DNA from: an uncultured Syntrophomonadaceae bacterium
GTDB taxonomy: Bacteria > Bacillota > Dethiobacteria > DTU022
Direction: 5' to 3'
DNA: 64,000 nt
Assembly: GCA_964506505.1 (NCBI GenBank)
Contig: CAZDKY010000003.1
Span: 44,673 to 108,672 of the forward strand
The notes below the pieces were generated by a model that was given only the letters and a program-made list of their open reading frames with translations, was not told the DNA's origin and searched no databases. The position numbers and the translations under genes were made by a program. Shown one piece after another: positions 8,580-17,593 of the stretch. How positions within the stretch are numbered: position 1 is the first letter of the stretch; each line of letters starts with the position of its first letter.

Positions 8580-10664
8580 ATGCAGAAGTTGAGCCGTCTT
8601 ATCGTTAAATACAGGAAATTAATAATCGCCGGCTACATACTTTTACTGATCCCGGCTATTATCGGCTACCTGACCACCGGAGTTAATTACGACCTGCTTT
8701 CCTATATGCCGGACAACCTGAATTCAAGGCAGGGGGAAGAGGTCCTGGAAGAAGAATTTTCTCTATCCGGACTCGGTTTGATGATGGTCAGGGATAAAAA
8801 AAATTTTGAAATTGAGCTTTTAATCAAAGAGCTGGAAAATATTGAGGGTATCAATAAAATTTCCTGGCTTGGCAGTTACAGTGATATATATGTGCCCAAA
8901 GAATTTATTGATCCTGTAATTAGGGAGAGATTTATAACAGATGACACTGTATTGCTGCAAATTCAGTTTTCAGAAAACGCCCGCAGTGGAGAAACTGTTG
9001 CCGCCGTTCTGGAAATAACCGATATTACAGAAGCGGATGATGATCTTTATTTCGGCGGCGAACCGGCTATTTTAACCGATATGCAGATGGCAATCGATGA
9101 TGAGATGCTCCAGTATACAAGCGTTGCCGTAATTATGATCCTGTTGGTCTTGACCATGTCAACTTCTCTTTATCTGGATCCGATCCTGTTCCTTGCCGCT
9201 GTTGGAGTAGCCATTGTCATCAACATGGGAAGCAACTTTTTCCAGGGAGAGATCTCCTTCCTGACCGCTTCTATTGCCGCGGTGATGCAGCTCGGCATAT
9301 CACTGGACTACGCCATATTTCTGATGCACCGGTTTGAAGAAGAAAAGGCAAAAGGGATTGGCATTGAAGAAGCGATGGTCAATACAATCAGTAAAACTGC
9401 TGTTACCATCGCCTCAAGCGCCCTGACTACAATTGGCGGTTTTGTCGCCCTGATGGTGATGGAAAATGGAATCGGCGGAGACATGGGCCTGGTCCTGGGT
9501 AAAGGGATTGTAATCAGCCTGATCGTCACCCTGACATTGCTGCCCGGCCTGATCCTGACATTTCACCCTTTCAGCAGCCGCTACCGACACCGGGTCCTTT
9601 TACCATCTTTTCAAACAACGGCGAAGCTGCTGCCTAAATTCCGATCGGTGATATTGATTGTATTTATCATTATTGCTGTGCCGGCCTATCTTGCTCAGGA
9701 TAATGTAGAATACTATTATTCTAATGTTCATTATTTACCCCGCAATTCAAAAGCTGCAGCAGCTACTGACGAAATCATGGAAGAATACGGTGCTGTAGAT
9801 GTAGCCTATTTAATTACTCCCGACGAAGGCCGGAAAAGGGAGAGCGATCTTGTTGACCTGCTGAGCAAAGTTGAACACGTTGATTCTGTAGTTTCTGTTT
9901 CAGAACAGGTTGACCCCGCTGTGCCGGATATGATGATCCCCGAAGAGATGATCAGCGAGTTCCAGGGGGGAGGCTACCGCAACATTATGGTATTCCTGTC
10001 ACCTGAGGCAGAAGAAAAAGAAATTTTCATTACCATCGATCGCATCAGAGAAATAGCCGGCTCCCTGCACGATGAATATTATGTTGCAGGCCAACCTGCC
10101 CAGACGAGGGACATGGCAACCCTGTCCAAAGTTGATGCCCGCAATGTAGCCCTCTTTTCTGTTATTGCCATAGGCCTGATCATTGCAATCAGCTTCCGAT
10201 CATTGTCACTTCCCCTTCTGCTGGTTCTGGCTGTTAAACTGGCTATCTGGATCAATCTCAGTTTTTTATATTACCAGGGAGAACCGGTATCCTCACTGAC
10301 CCCTATCATAATCGGGTCCATCCAGCTGGGGGCAACTGTTGATTACGCCATCCTGTTTACGCTGAGATATCGCGAAAACCTGGGCATAATGGGGGAACGA
10401 ATAAAAGCAGCCGGACAGACCATAAAGGATACCGGCCGATCTATCCTCACCAGCGCCCTGATCCTTTTTGCAGCAACCTTCAGTATCTCCCTGATCGCCG
10501 GCATAAAAACAACCAGGGAAATGACTTTACTCATCGGCCGGGGGGCATTGATCAGCATGGTAGTTATATTTTCCTTGCTGCCTGCTCTGCTGATAATTTT
10601 TGAAAAGGTGATCGAGCGTACTACAATCGGCTGGCCGGTTTGCTCTGACAGAGAGAAAAAGTAA
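8580..10664 (+). CDS. MMPL-family (RND superfamily) membrane transporter, YdfJ-like
   Basis: 694 aa with two approximately 6-TM bundles, each followed by an extracytoplasmic domain, the typical MMPL topology. GGAGAAG ribosome-binding site. Confidence 0.8.
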   Translation: MQKLSRLIVKYRKLIIAGYILLLIPAIIGYLTTGVNYDLLSYMPDNLNSRQGEEVLEEEFSLSGLGLMMVRDKKNFEIELLIKELENIEGINKISWLGSYSDIYVPKEFIDPVIRERFITDDTVLLQIQFSENARSGETVAAVLEITDITEADDDLYFGGEPAILTDMQMAIDDEMLQYTSVAVIMILLVLTMSTSLYLDPILFLAAVGVAIVINMGSNFFQGEISFLTASIAAVMQLGISLDYAIFLMHRFEEEKAKGIGIEEAMVNTISKTAVTIASSALTTIGGFVALMVMENGIGGDMGLVLGKGIVISLIVTLTLLPGLILTFHPFSSRYRHRVLLPSFQTTAKLLPKFRSVILIVFIIIAVPAYLAQDNVEYYYSNVHYLPRNSKAAAATDEIMEEYGAVDVAYLITPDEGRKRESDLVDLLSKVEHVDSVVSVSEQVDPAVPDMMIPEEMISEFQGGGYRNIMVFLSPEAEEKEIFITIDRIREIAGSLHDEYYVAGQPAQTRDMATLSKVDARNVALFSVIAIGLIIAISFRSLSLPLLLVLAVKLAIWINLSFLYYQGEPVSSLTPIIIGSIQLGATVDYAILFTLRYRENLGIMGERIKAAGQTIKDTGRSILTSALILFAATFSISLIAGIKTTREMTLLIGRGALISMVVIFSLLPALLIIFEKVIERTTIGWPVCSDREKK

Positions 10665-10686
10665 AAGTTTTAATGGAGGGGTTCTT

Positions 10687-12663
10687 ATGCTGCGTAAAAT
10701 AATTGGCCCACTGGTAATTATGCTGATAGCTATGCTGGCTATCGGCGCAGGGGGTTACTATCTCGAAGAAGGGTTTCAAACAACCGGTGCGGGTAGCTAT
10801 ACCCCGGTTTTTGAATTATCACCGGAAGAAGATGAATCAACAGGACAGGATGAATCGGCAAAAACCTATGAAACACCGGCTTATAAAGACGAAACAGTAT
10901 ACGTGCTTCTCGATCACGACGGATCGGTTCTGGAACAGCAGATTGTCAATCGGCTTTACGGGCAGCACGATCCCGAAGCTCCCCTGGTTGCTGATTACGG
11001 AACTTATCTTTCTGTGGAGAACATGACATCTTCCGCCGAGCCGGTAATAGAGGAAAACCGCCTCCTCTGGAAAAGTGAACTGCTCAAGATCGACGAGCTC
11101 TATTATGAGGGAACCCTCGATAAAGAACTGCCCGTTGATATCAATATCTCCTATTACCTGGATGGTGAACCGGTAGCTCCTTCTTCCCTGGGAGGACAAG
11201 GCGGAAGGCTGGAAATTGTCATTCAGGCAGAAAATAATCTCCTCTATGATGGGACAGTGAGTTATCATGATCATGAAGGCACACTGGTCACAGTGGAAGA
11301 AGAAAATTATGTTCCTCTGCTTGTCCAGGGAACAATGGATGTTGATTTAAATCGCTTTTCAAATATTGACACCGGAGAAGGACTTGATATAGTCATTGGC
11401 CAGAGCGCCAGTATCAATTTCATGATTTTCCCTTACCCTGAAGCTGAAATAAAGATCAGCATGGACGGCGATGACATTGAGCTGGGCAGCATTTCTTTCA
11501 TTGTTACCCCCCAGTTGCCCCCAATGAACGAGATCGATATAGAGGATGAACTCGTCGAGATGCTGGAAGGGTTTTCAATGCTTTCCGGAGGACTGGCTGA
11601 ACTGGAAGGGGGAGCCGATCTTTTACTGCAGGGGATGAGGCGTTTTGAGCAGGAAAGCGATCAAATGACAGGCATGACAGCTGAATGGAGCGCTCTTATT
11701 GACGAATACAGCAAACAAAAATCCACTTATGACAAACTGATTACAGACTTCGCCGCGGGGGATTTGACCGAGGTCGTTTCATCCATGCAGGATCTGCTCG
11801 GTGAAATAGAAAATCTCCCTGATCCGGGGACAATCACTGACGATATTGCCATCGCGGCCGACAGTTCGGCAGAACTAAAGAATCATATTGCCGTTCTCAA
11901 CAACAGCCTGGCCGCTGCTGAAGATACAGATACACGGATCAGGTCGGAAGCGGAACGCCTCGTTGCTGAAAACGAACCAGGGACGGGCTTACATGAACTG
12001 GGAATGCTCATCCTGTCGAGAGAAAAAACTCTCGACACCACTTTTGCAGAACGGCAAATTATTGATCGAAATATCGGTGAACTGGATGATGCCCTGCAAT
12101 CGCTGGAAAGGTTCTGGCAGGAAGATTATCTTCCGGAAGTAGCTTTCCTGGAAGAATTAAGTAGTGTCACCGACAATGAATGGTATGAAGCAGGAAAATA
12201 TCTCGAATTTGTAGCGGTAGAACTGGACAGCTTTGCTGATTACTACAGAGAAATTGACGACGTGATCTTAGAAGCGGAGGGCATGCTGGGGGATATATCC
12301 AGACTGCCCGGAGCATTAAAAGAGTTAACATATGGACAAACCAGGCTCACGGAAGGCCTGAAAGAACTGCGGGAAAGCGGAATCATGGCCATGGAAAAAG
12401 GATTAATTGAAGGAGTTAACGAAGCCAAATACGGCGCAGCCAAACTGGAACTGATGGAAAAGCTGGCTGATGATTATCGATCCTACGCCGACAATGTACA
12501 TAACCGGCACAGTAAGGTCCAGTTTATTATGCAGACTGAGAAAATTACCGCACCTGCGGAAGAGGATCCGGAAGAAGAAAAAGAAGATACTCTACCGGAA
12601 CCGGAGTACTTCTGGGCAATTGAATTCTGGAATAAAATGATCCATCTTTTCGACTTTCAATAA
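10687..12663 (+). CDS. Membrane-anchored extracytoplasmic protein with X-X-X-Leu-X-X-Gly heptad repeats (like the YhgE/Pip N-terminal domain)
   Basis: One N-terminal TM helix, an acidic linker, then a long helical region carrying FSMLSGG-LAELEGG-ADLLLQG and ALKELTYG-QTRLTEG-LKELRESG heptads. There is no C-terminal TM bundle. GGAGGGG ribosome-binding site. The gene is 22 nt downstream of the MMPL stop and 16 nt upstream of the TetR start. Confidence 0.65.
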   Translation: MLRKIIGPLVIMLIAMLAIGAGGYYLEEGFQTTGAGSYTPVFELSPEEDESTGQDESAKTYETPAYKDETVYVLLDHDGSVLEQQIVNRLYGQHDPEAPLVADYGTYLSVENMTSSAEPVIEENRLLWKSELLKIDELYYEGTLDKELPVDINISYYLDGEPVAPSSLGGQGGRLEIVIQAENNLLYDGTVSYHDHEGTLVTVEEENYVPLLVQGTMDVDLNRFSNIDTGEGLDIVIGQSASINFMIFPYPEAEIKISMDGDDIELGSISFIVTPQLPPMNEIDIEDELVEMLEGFSMLSGGLAELEGGADLLLQGMRRFEQESDQMTGMTAEWSALIDEYSKQKSTYDKLITDFAAGDLTEVVSSMQDLLGEIENLPDPGTITDDIAIAADSSAELKNHIAVLNNSLAAAEDTDTRIRSEAERLVAENEPGTGLHELGMLILSREKTLDTTFAERQIIDRNIGELDDALQSLERFWQEDYLPEVAFLEELSSVTDNEWYEAGKYLEFVAVELDSFADYYREIDDVILEAEGMLGDISRLPGALKELTYGQTRLTEGLKELRESGIMAMEKGLIEGVNEAKYGAAKLELMEKLADDYRSYADNVHNRHSKVQFIMQTEKITAPAEEDPEEEKEDTLPEPEYFWAIEFWNKMIHLFDFQ

Positions 12664-12679
12664 AACGAGGTGATAAACA

Positions 12680-13261
12680 GTGGCGAAAGAGAAGACCGAC
12701 ACCCGATCCAAGATCCTTGAAGCCGCGGCCGAGATAATCGGCAGGGAAAGAAACCTGAACTTTACAATCAGGGAAGTGGCCAACCGGGCCAAAGTGAACA
12801 TTGCTTCAATAAATTATTACTTCCGTTCGAAAGAAAATTTGCTCGGTGAGATAGAAATGCTGCTCATGGAAAGAACCCGCCTGATTTATTCCTACCTGAG
12901 CGATGAATCTCTCAGCCCGCGTGACAGACTGATCGGCTGGGCAGACGAACTTATTAAACACCTGATTGAGTACCCCGGCATTATTTATCTTATTGGGACC
13001 AAAATCCTGGAAAGAGAGAGCACTTTTATCGGCCCGTATCTGGATTTACTGGAAACAGATCTCGCCCCGCTGGTGAAAAATATTACCGGCCTTAACCAGA
13101 AAAACTTAATTAACTTTAAAGTCCTCCAGCTTATTTCAGGTGTGGTTTATCCGGTTTTAATCTTTTCCAGCGCCGAAAATCACGGGGATATTGATATTAG
13201 AAAAAGTAATATGCGCCTTGCATATATAAATTCACTGATTGACAGCATCAAAGCGGCCTGA
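12680..13261 (+). CDS. TetR/AcrR family transcriptional regulator
   Basis: N-terminal HTH region SKILEAAAEIIGRERNLNFTIREVANRAKVNIASINYYFRSKENLL. GTG start with an ACGAGGTGA ribosome-binding site. Last gene of the MMPL operon. Confidence 0.85.
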   Translation: MAKEKTDTRSKILEAAAEIIGRERNLNFTIREVANRAKVNIASINYYFRSKENLLGEIEMLLMERTRLIYSYLSDESLSPRDRLIGWADELIKHLIEYPGIIYLIGTKILERESTFIGPYLDLLETDLAPLVKNITGLNQKNLINFKVLQLISGVVYPVLIFSSAENHGDIDIRKSNMRLAYINSLIDSIKAA

Positions 13262-13278
13262 TGTCTTTTGCGTAGCTA

Positions 13279-13470
13279 AAAAACCGCGTTCGTATTTTGG
13301 CTTTGCCGCACAGGGTAAAAACGGAGATTTGCGTTTGTGAAATAGTGGATGCGCTCGAAGAGTGTCAGTACAAAGTTTCCCGCAACCTGAAGGTGCTTCA
13401 GTAAGCCGGCCTGATTGTCAGCCGAAAAAAAGGCAAATGCAATTATTACCGCTTCAGTGAGACGCACGTT
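13279..13470 (+). pseudogene. Disrupted ArsR/SmtB-family metalloregulator remnant
   Basis: My hand translation reads ..NRVRILALPHRVKTEICVCEIVDALEECQYKVSRNLKVLQ*AGLIVSRKKGKCNYYRF... This contains the ArsR HTH and CVC metal-site signature. There is no start codon and an in-frame TAA falls at 13402-13404. Confidence 0.5.
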
Positions 13471-13812
13471 CCTTTCCAGAAAAAATTACTGCAAGCTATC
13501 CGTTATATTTCTTCAGATACAATAAACGAGGATTTCATACACCTGCGTAAACACCTTTTCATCCGGGTAAATAATGAATTCGTGATTGGAACCAGCAAGA
13601 ACAATGATCAATTGTAAGCAGGTTATCAACTGTAACAACAGCAAAAAAGTTGGAGCATAAGAGTTAAATCAAGATTTTAAAAATACGGATCACCGAACGG
13701 GTTACAGTCTTCTATATTATTTTCATCGGTTGTGAAACTGGAAAGGAGGTAAATCCGATGATTAGTATAAGTATGGTCTGGCAAAGAGCTACCTGGAAGA
13801 ACTCTGCCAGTA

Positions 13813-15558
13813 TCATAAAAAGGTAAAATTATCGACATCAACCAAACCGCGGTCGGTAATTTTCAGCGAAGGGATTACCGGCAAGGCCATAAATGAAAGG
13901 GTGAGAAAAGGCTGCTGCAGATCGGTGCCCAGTTTGTGGGCAGAGGAAAGCACTGCAGACATTTTTTGGGCCACAATTTCCGCCTTTTCAGCTGTCATCA
14001 ATCCAGCGACGGGAAGAGGCAGGCTCGCTTCCACCAGGTTATCCTCTCCGACAACTACAAAACCACCGCCAAGGCTGGCCAGCTCGTTTACAGCAGCAGC
14101 CATTGCCTTTTCCGAAGCTCCGACCACAATTATGTTATGGGAATCGTGGCCGACACTGGAAGCAATTGCTCCAGCCTGCAGGTTCAACCCTTTGATCAGG
14201 GCCGCAGTCATTCCTCCTCCTTTTCCATGCCTCTCAATTACTGCAATCTTGTTCAGCTCCGGACCTGGCCGGGCGGAAATAGTCCCGTCATCAAGGCGCG
14301 GCACCTGGATAAAAAGTTTTTCTGTGATCAGCTGCCCGGGAATAATACCAATCACCGGTACCTGTTCCGATGGATATGAAAGGGTAAAATCTTTTTCCTG
14401 CAGGGGCCTGTTCAATTTTACTGTGCAGCAGGCGGATCGGGGGAGTTCATAAGCAGCAACATCGGTTAACATATGTCCTGCCCGGGCAACCTGCCGGCCG
14501 TCTTTAAAAACCATCTGGACCGGAAATTCATTCAAGTCTTCGAAGATAACAAGGTCAGCCCGGTAACCAACAGCCACTGCTCCACGGTCATAAAGCCGGA
14601 AATGACGGGCGGCATTGTAGGAGGCAACCTTAACAACCGTAAGAGGTTCCGCCCCGAGCTCAACAGCTGTCTTCAGCAGTTCATCAAGGTGCCCCTTTTC
14701 AAGCAGCTCACCCGCTTCCCGATCATCGCTGCCGAACATGAACATATCGCTACTGGCAGGGGTGACAAGGGGCAGCAATTCGGCCAGGCTTGAAGTCGCC
14801 GAACCGTGCCTGATAATTATTTTCATTCCGTTCCGCAGCTTTTCACGGGCTTCCACGGCAGTAATCGATTCATGATCAGTAGAAATACCGCTACCTGTAT
14901 ATGCCTGCAGGGCACGACCACTGAGGGCGGGGGCATGCCCATCAACCACTTTTCCGGCTCTGCGGGCGGCAAATATTTTCTGCAGCACCTCTTCGTTCCC
15001 ATTTAACACCCCTGGATAATTCATCATTTCACCCAGGCCAACTACCCGTGGATGAGCCAGAAGCGTGGATACCTGCTCGGCATTTATTTCGCCTCCACTA
15101 GTTTCCATCCCACTGGTGGGCACACATGAAGGAACCGTAGCAAAAAAATCACAGGGCAGTCCTGCAGAGGCCGCCAGCATCAGGGCTACGCCTTCCACAC
15201 CCATAACATTGGCAATTTCATGCGGATCGTTAACAATGGCTGTTGTCCCATGCGGAACTATCAGCCTGGCCAGTTCCGGCGGTAAAAGAAGAGTGCTCTC
15301 AACATGCAGGTGAGCATCGATCAGCCCCGGTGCCACATAATGTCCTTCGAGATCAACGGTTTCTTTGCCTTTCGTATAATCACTGCCCACACCGGCGATT
15401 CGTTCTCCGGAAATGGCAACGTTGCCTTTTTCAATTTCCAGGGTAAAAACATTGATCAGACGCCCGTTTTTGAGCAGGAGATCGGCCGGTTCACTTCCCT
15501 GCGCTACAGTCAGTCTCTTTTTTTCTTCTTCAAGCATTTTCTTGTGATCTTGATCCAT
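13813..15558 (-). CDS. ade: Adenine deaminase
   Basis: 581-aa amidohydrolase. PGLIDAHLHVES is the metal-binding HxH motif, and overall sequence resembles AdeC. GGAGGA ribosome-binding site 7 nt upstream. Confidence 0.85.
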   Translation of the reverse strand: MDQDHKKMLEEEKKRLTVAQGSEPADLLLKNGRLINVFTLEIEKGNVAISGERIAGVGSDYTKGKETVDLEGHYVAPGLIDAHLHVESTLLLPPELARLIVPHGTTAIVNDPHEIANVMGVEGVALMLAASAGLPCDFFATVPSCVPTSGMETSGGEINAEQVSTLLAHPRVVGLGEMMNYPGVLNGNEEVLQKIFAARRAGKVVDGHAPALSGRALQAYTGSGISTDHESITAVEAREKLRNGMKIIIRHGSATSSLAELLPLVTPASSDMFMFGSDDREAGELLEKGHLDELLKTAVELGAEPLTVVKVASYNAARHFRLYDRGAVAVGYRADLVIFEDLNEFPVQMVFKDGRQVARAGHMLTDVAAYELPRSACCTVKLNRPLQEKDFTLSYPSEQVPVIGIIPGQLITEKLFIQVPRLDDGTISARPGPELNKIAVIERHGKGGGMTAALIKGLNLQAGAIASSVGHDSHNIIVVGASEKAMAAAVNELASLGGGFVVVGEDNLVEASLPLPVAGLMTAEKAEIVAQKMSAVLSSAHKLGTDLQQPFLTLSFMALPVIPSLKITDRGLVDVDNFTFL

Positions 15559-15739
15559 TTTAATTCCTCCATCAGACAGGCTTTACCTTAAATATTCACC
15601 CTTTTTATAAGATCATCCTTTTTCAGTATTCCTGTAAGGCTAAATTATTTACAGTGATGGGACAAATGACCGGGTCGGGAACCATAAGTGAATCCTGCTG
15701 GTCATCATAATAAAGCTACTTTTTTGAGGGGGACTAAAA

Positions 15740-16981
15740 ATGTTTTGGGCAAAAAACCGGTTATACGCTGCTGTAACTATGGCTTTAATTGTTATGCTGT
15801 CATCCGCGGGATGCAGTTTGCCAGACCTGCCGGAAGGAGAAGCTGCCCCTGTAGAAGAACTCGATGAACGCCTGATTGAATCAAACAATGGATTTGGCTT
15901 CACTCTTTTCAAAAAGCTGCATCAGGAAGATAAGGGACGCAATTTGTTAATTTCACCATCCAGTATCCTGACCGCCCTGGCAATGGCCAGTACAGGCGCG
16001 GAAGGCGAAACACGAACGGCAATGGAAAAGACCATGTTCCTGACAGGAATGTCCAGAGAAGAAATCAACAAGGCTTTTGCCGATCTGCTTACTATCCTGC
16101 AGAATCCTGATCCGGAGGTCGAGCTGGTCGTGGCCAACTCACTCTGGACACGCAAAGGCCTGGAACTTAATGAAACCTTCATCAAGCAAAACCACGATTT
16201 TTATGACGCTGAAATAACGGATCTGGACTTTTCCAACTCGGACGCCGCCGGTGTCATCAACGACTGGGTCAGGGAAAAAACAAATCAGAAGATAGATGGA
16301 ATAGTTGAACCGCCCATAAATCCGGAAACGATCCTCTTTCTGATTAACGCCCTCTATTTCAAGGGCGCATGGGCCGAAGAATTTGATCCGGATCAAACCC
16401 GCGAAATTCCCTTCAAACTACCCGATGGAACAACAAAGGAACATCCGGTAATGTTTAAAAACGGCGAGCTTGAGTACCTGGAAAATGATCTCTTCCAGGC
16501 TGTCCGTCTTCCGTACGGGAAAAATGAACGGATTGCTATGACCCTGTTTCTGCCTGCCGGGGATTTAACTCTGGAACAAATTTTAAGCGAACTGGATAAA
16601 AAAAGCTGGGATAGGTGGAACGAAGCCTTCGACAGCATGGAAGGCGAATTAGGACTGCCTCGGTTCAGCTTTGCCTGTGAACTGTCTTTAAATAAAGTCC
16701 TCTCAGATCTGGGTATGGAAATCGCTTTTGATGAAAATGCCGCCGATTTCAGCGGAATGCGTCCCATCCCGCCGCGCCTGTTTATAAGTAAAGTGAAACA
16801 TAAAACTTACATCGACGTGACCGAGGAAGGCACAGAAGCAGCGGCTGTTACTTCTGTTGAAGTGGAAGTAACAGCCATGCCGGAGCAATTTTCGATGATT
16901 ATTGACCGCCCCTTCTTTTTTACCATCAGTGATGAAATGACCGGGACGATCCTTTTCATGGGAACCGTTTTTGAACCCTAA
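15740..16981 (+). CDS. Serpin-family serine protease inhibitor, predicted lipoprotein
   Basis: Lipoprotein signal peptide ..MLSSAGC. Serpin core motifs NALYFKGAWAEEF, a reactive-centre-loop region (EEGTEAAAVTSVEVEVTAMPEQ), and a C-terminal FFFTISDEMTGTILFMGTVFEP signature. Confidence 0.85.
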   Translation: MFWAKNRLYAAVTMALIVMLSSAGCSLPDLPEGEAAPVEELDERLIESNNGFGFTLFKKLHQEDKGRNLLISPSSILTALAMASTGAEGETRTAMEKTMFLTGMSREEINKAFADLLTILQNPDPEVELVVANSLWTRKGLELNETFIKQNHDFYDAEITDLDFSNSDAAGVINDWVREKTNQKIDGIVEPPINPETILFLINALYFKGAWAEEFDPDQTREIPFKLPDGTTKEHPVMFKNGELEYLENDLFQAVRLPYGKNERIAMTLFLPAGDLTLEQILSELDKKSWDRWNEAFDSMEGELGLPRFSFACELSLNKVLSDLGMEIAFDENAADFSGMRPIPPRLFISKVKHKTYIDVTEEGTEAAAVTSVEVEVTAMPEQFSMIIDRPFFFTISDEMTGTILFMGTVFEP

Positions 16982-17011
16982 ATAAAAGTCAAGGCTTCTT
17001 TGTAACCCATA

Positions 17012-17065
17012 AAAAAAGAACGGAAGACAGCATGCCCGAGACATGTTTATCTTCCGTTCTTTAGT
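17012..17065. terminator. Bidirectional rho-independent terminator
   Basis: Perfect 11-bp stem agaacggaaga / tcttccgttct with an internal loop, flanked by A-runs upstream and T-runs downstream. Confidence 0.6.
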
Positions 17066-17593
17066 TCATAATTAAACTTCCTTTATCTACGCAAGGTGGT
17101 CACAAGGTGGTTTTTTGTTTATTCCCCTGCAGAAAGCAGGGATAAATAACACTACAACGGTTCCTGCTTCATCAGCTCTTGTGAAGCATACTGACGACCA
17201 GGGCAATGACCAGGCCGATGGCGAAACCACCAATCAGGCCATTCGTTTGGTAATACAGCACTCCCAGCAGAGGGAATACGGTAAATCCAATAATAACAAT
17301 GATCAGATGGAGCGGTTTTATCCTAAAAATAATTAATCATCCTTTCTTGCAGTTATAGTAACCTGTCTTTTGGCCAAAATTGTACTGTTATTCAGAGCAA
17401 AAAAAAATTTGCTCTGTGCAAATACCCACGCTATTTTATTATATCTGCTTTTTGACCTGCAGGCAAAAAGGCTCAGTCGTTGCCAGAGATGCTGACAGCT
17501 GACCAGCCGGTCTGAGGACTGATTAGGAAAAAGATCCTGAAAAGTACGCCGGGTTAGGATACTGAAGCACTATAATTGCATTAAAGATAGTTG

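Noticed and set aside
13901-14452. 183-aa and 147-aa + strand ORFs inside the adenine deaminase gene
   Set aside because: They are antisense shadow ORFs in a GC-rich coding region, with no ribosome-binding site and a low-complexity Ala/Pro/Ser/Arg-rich translation.
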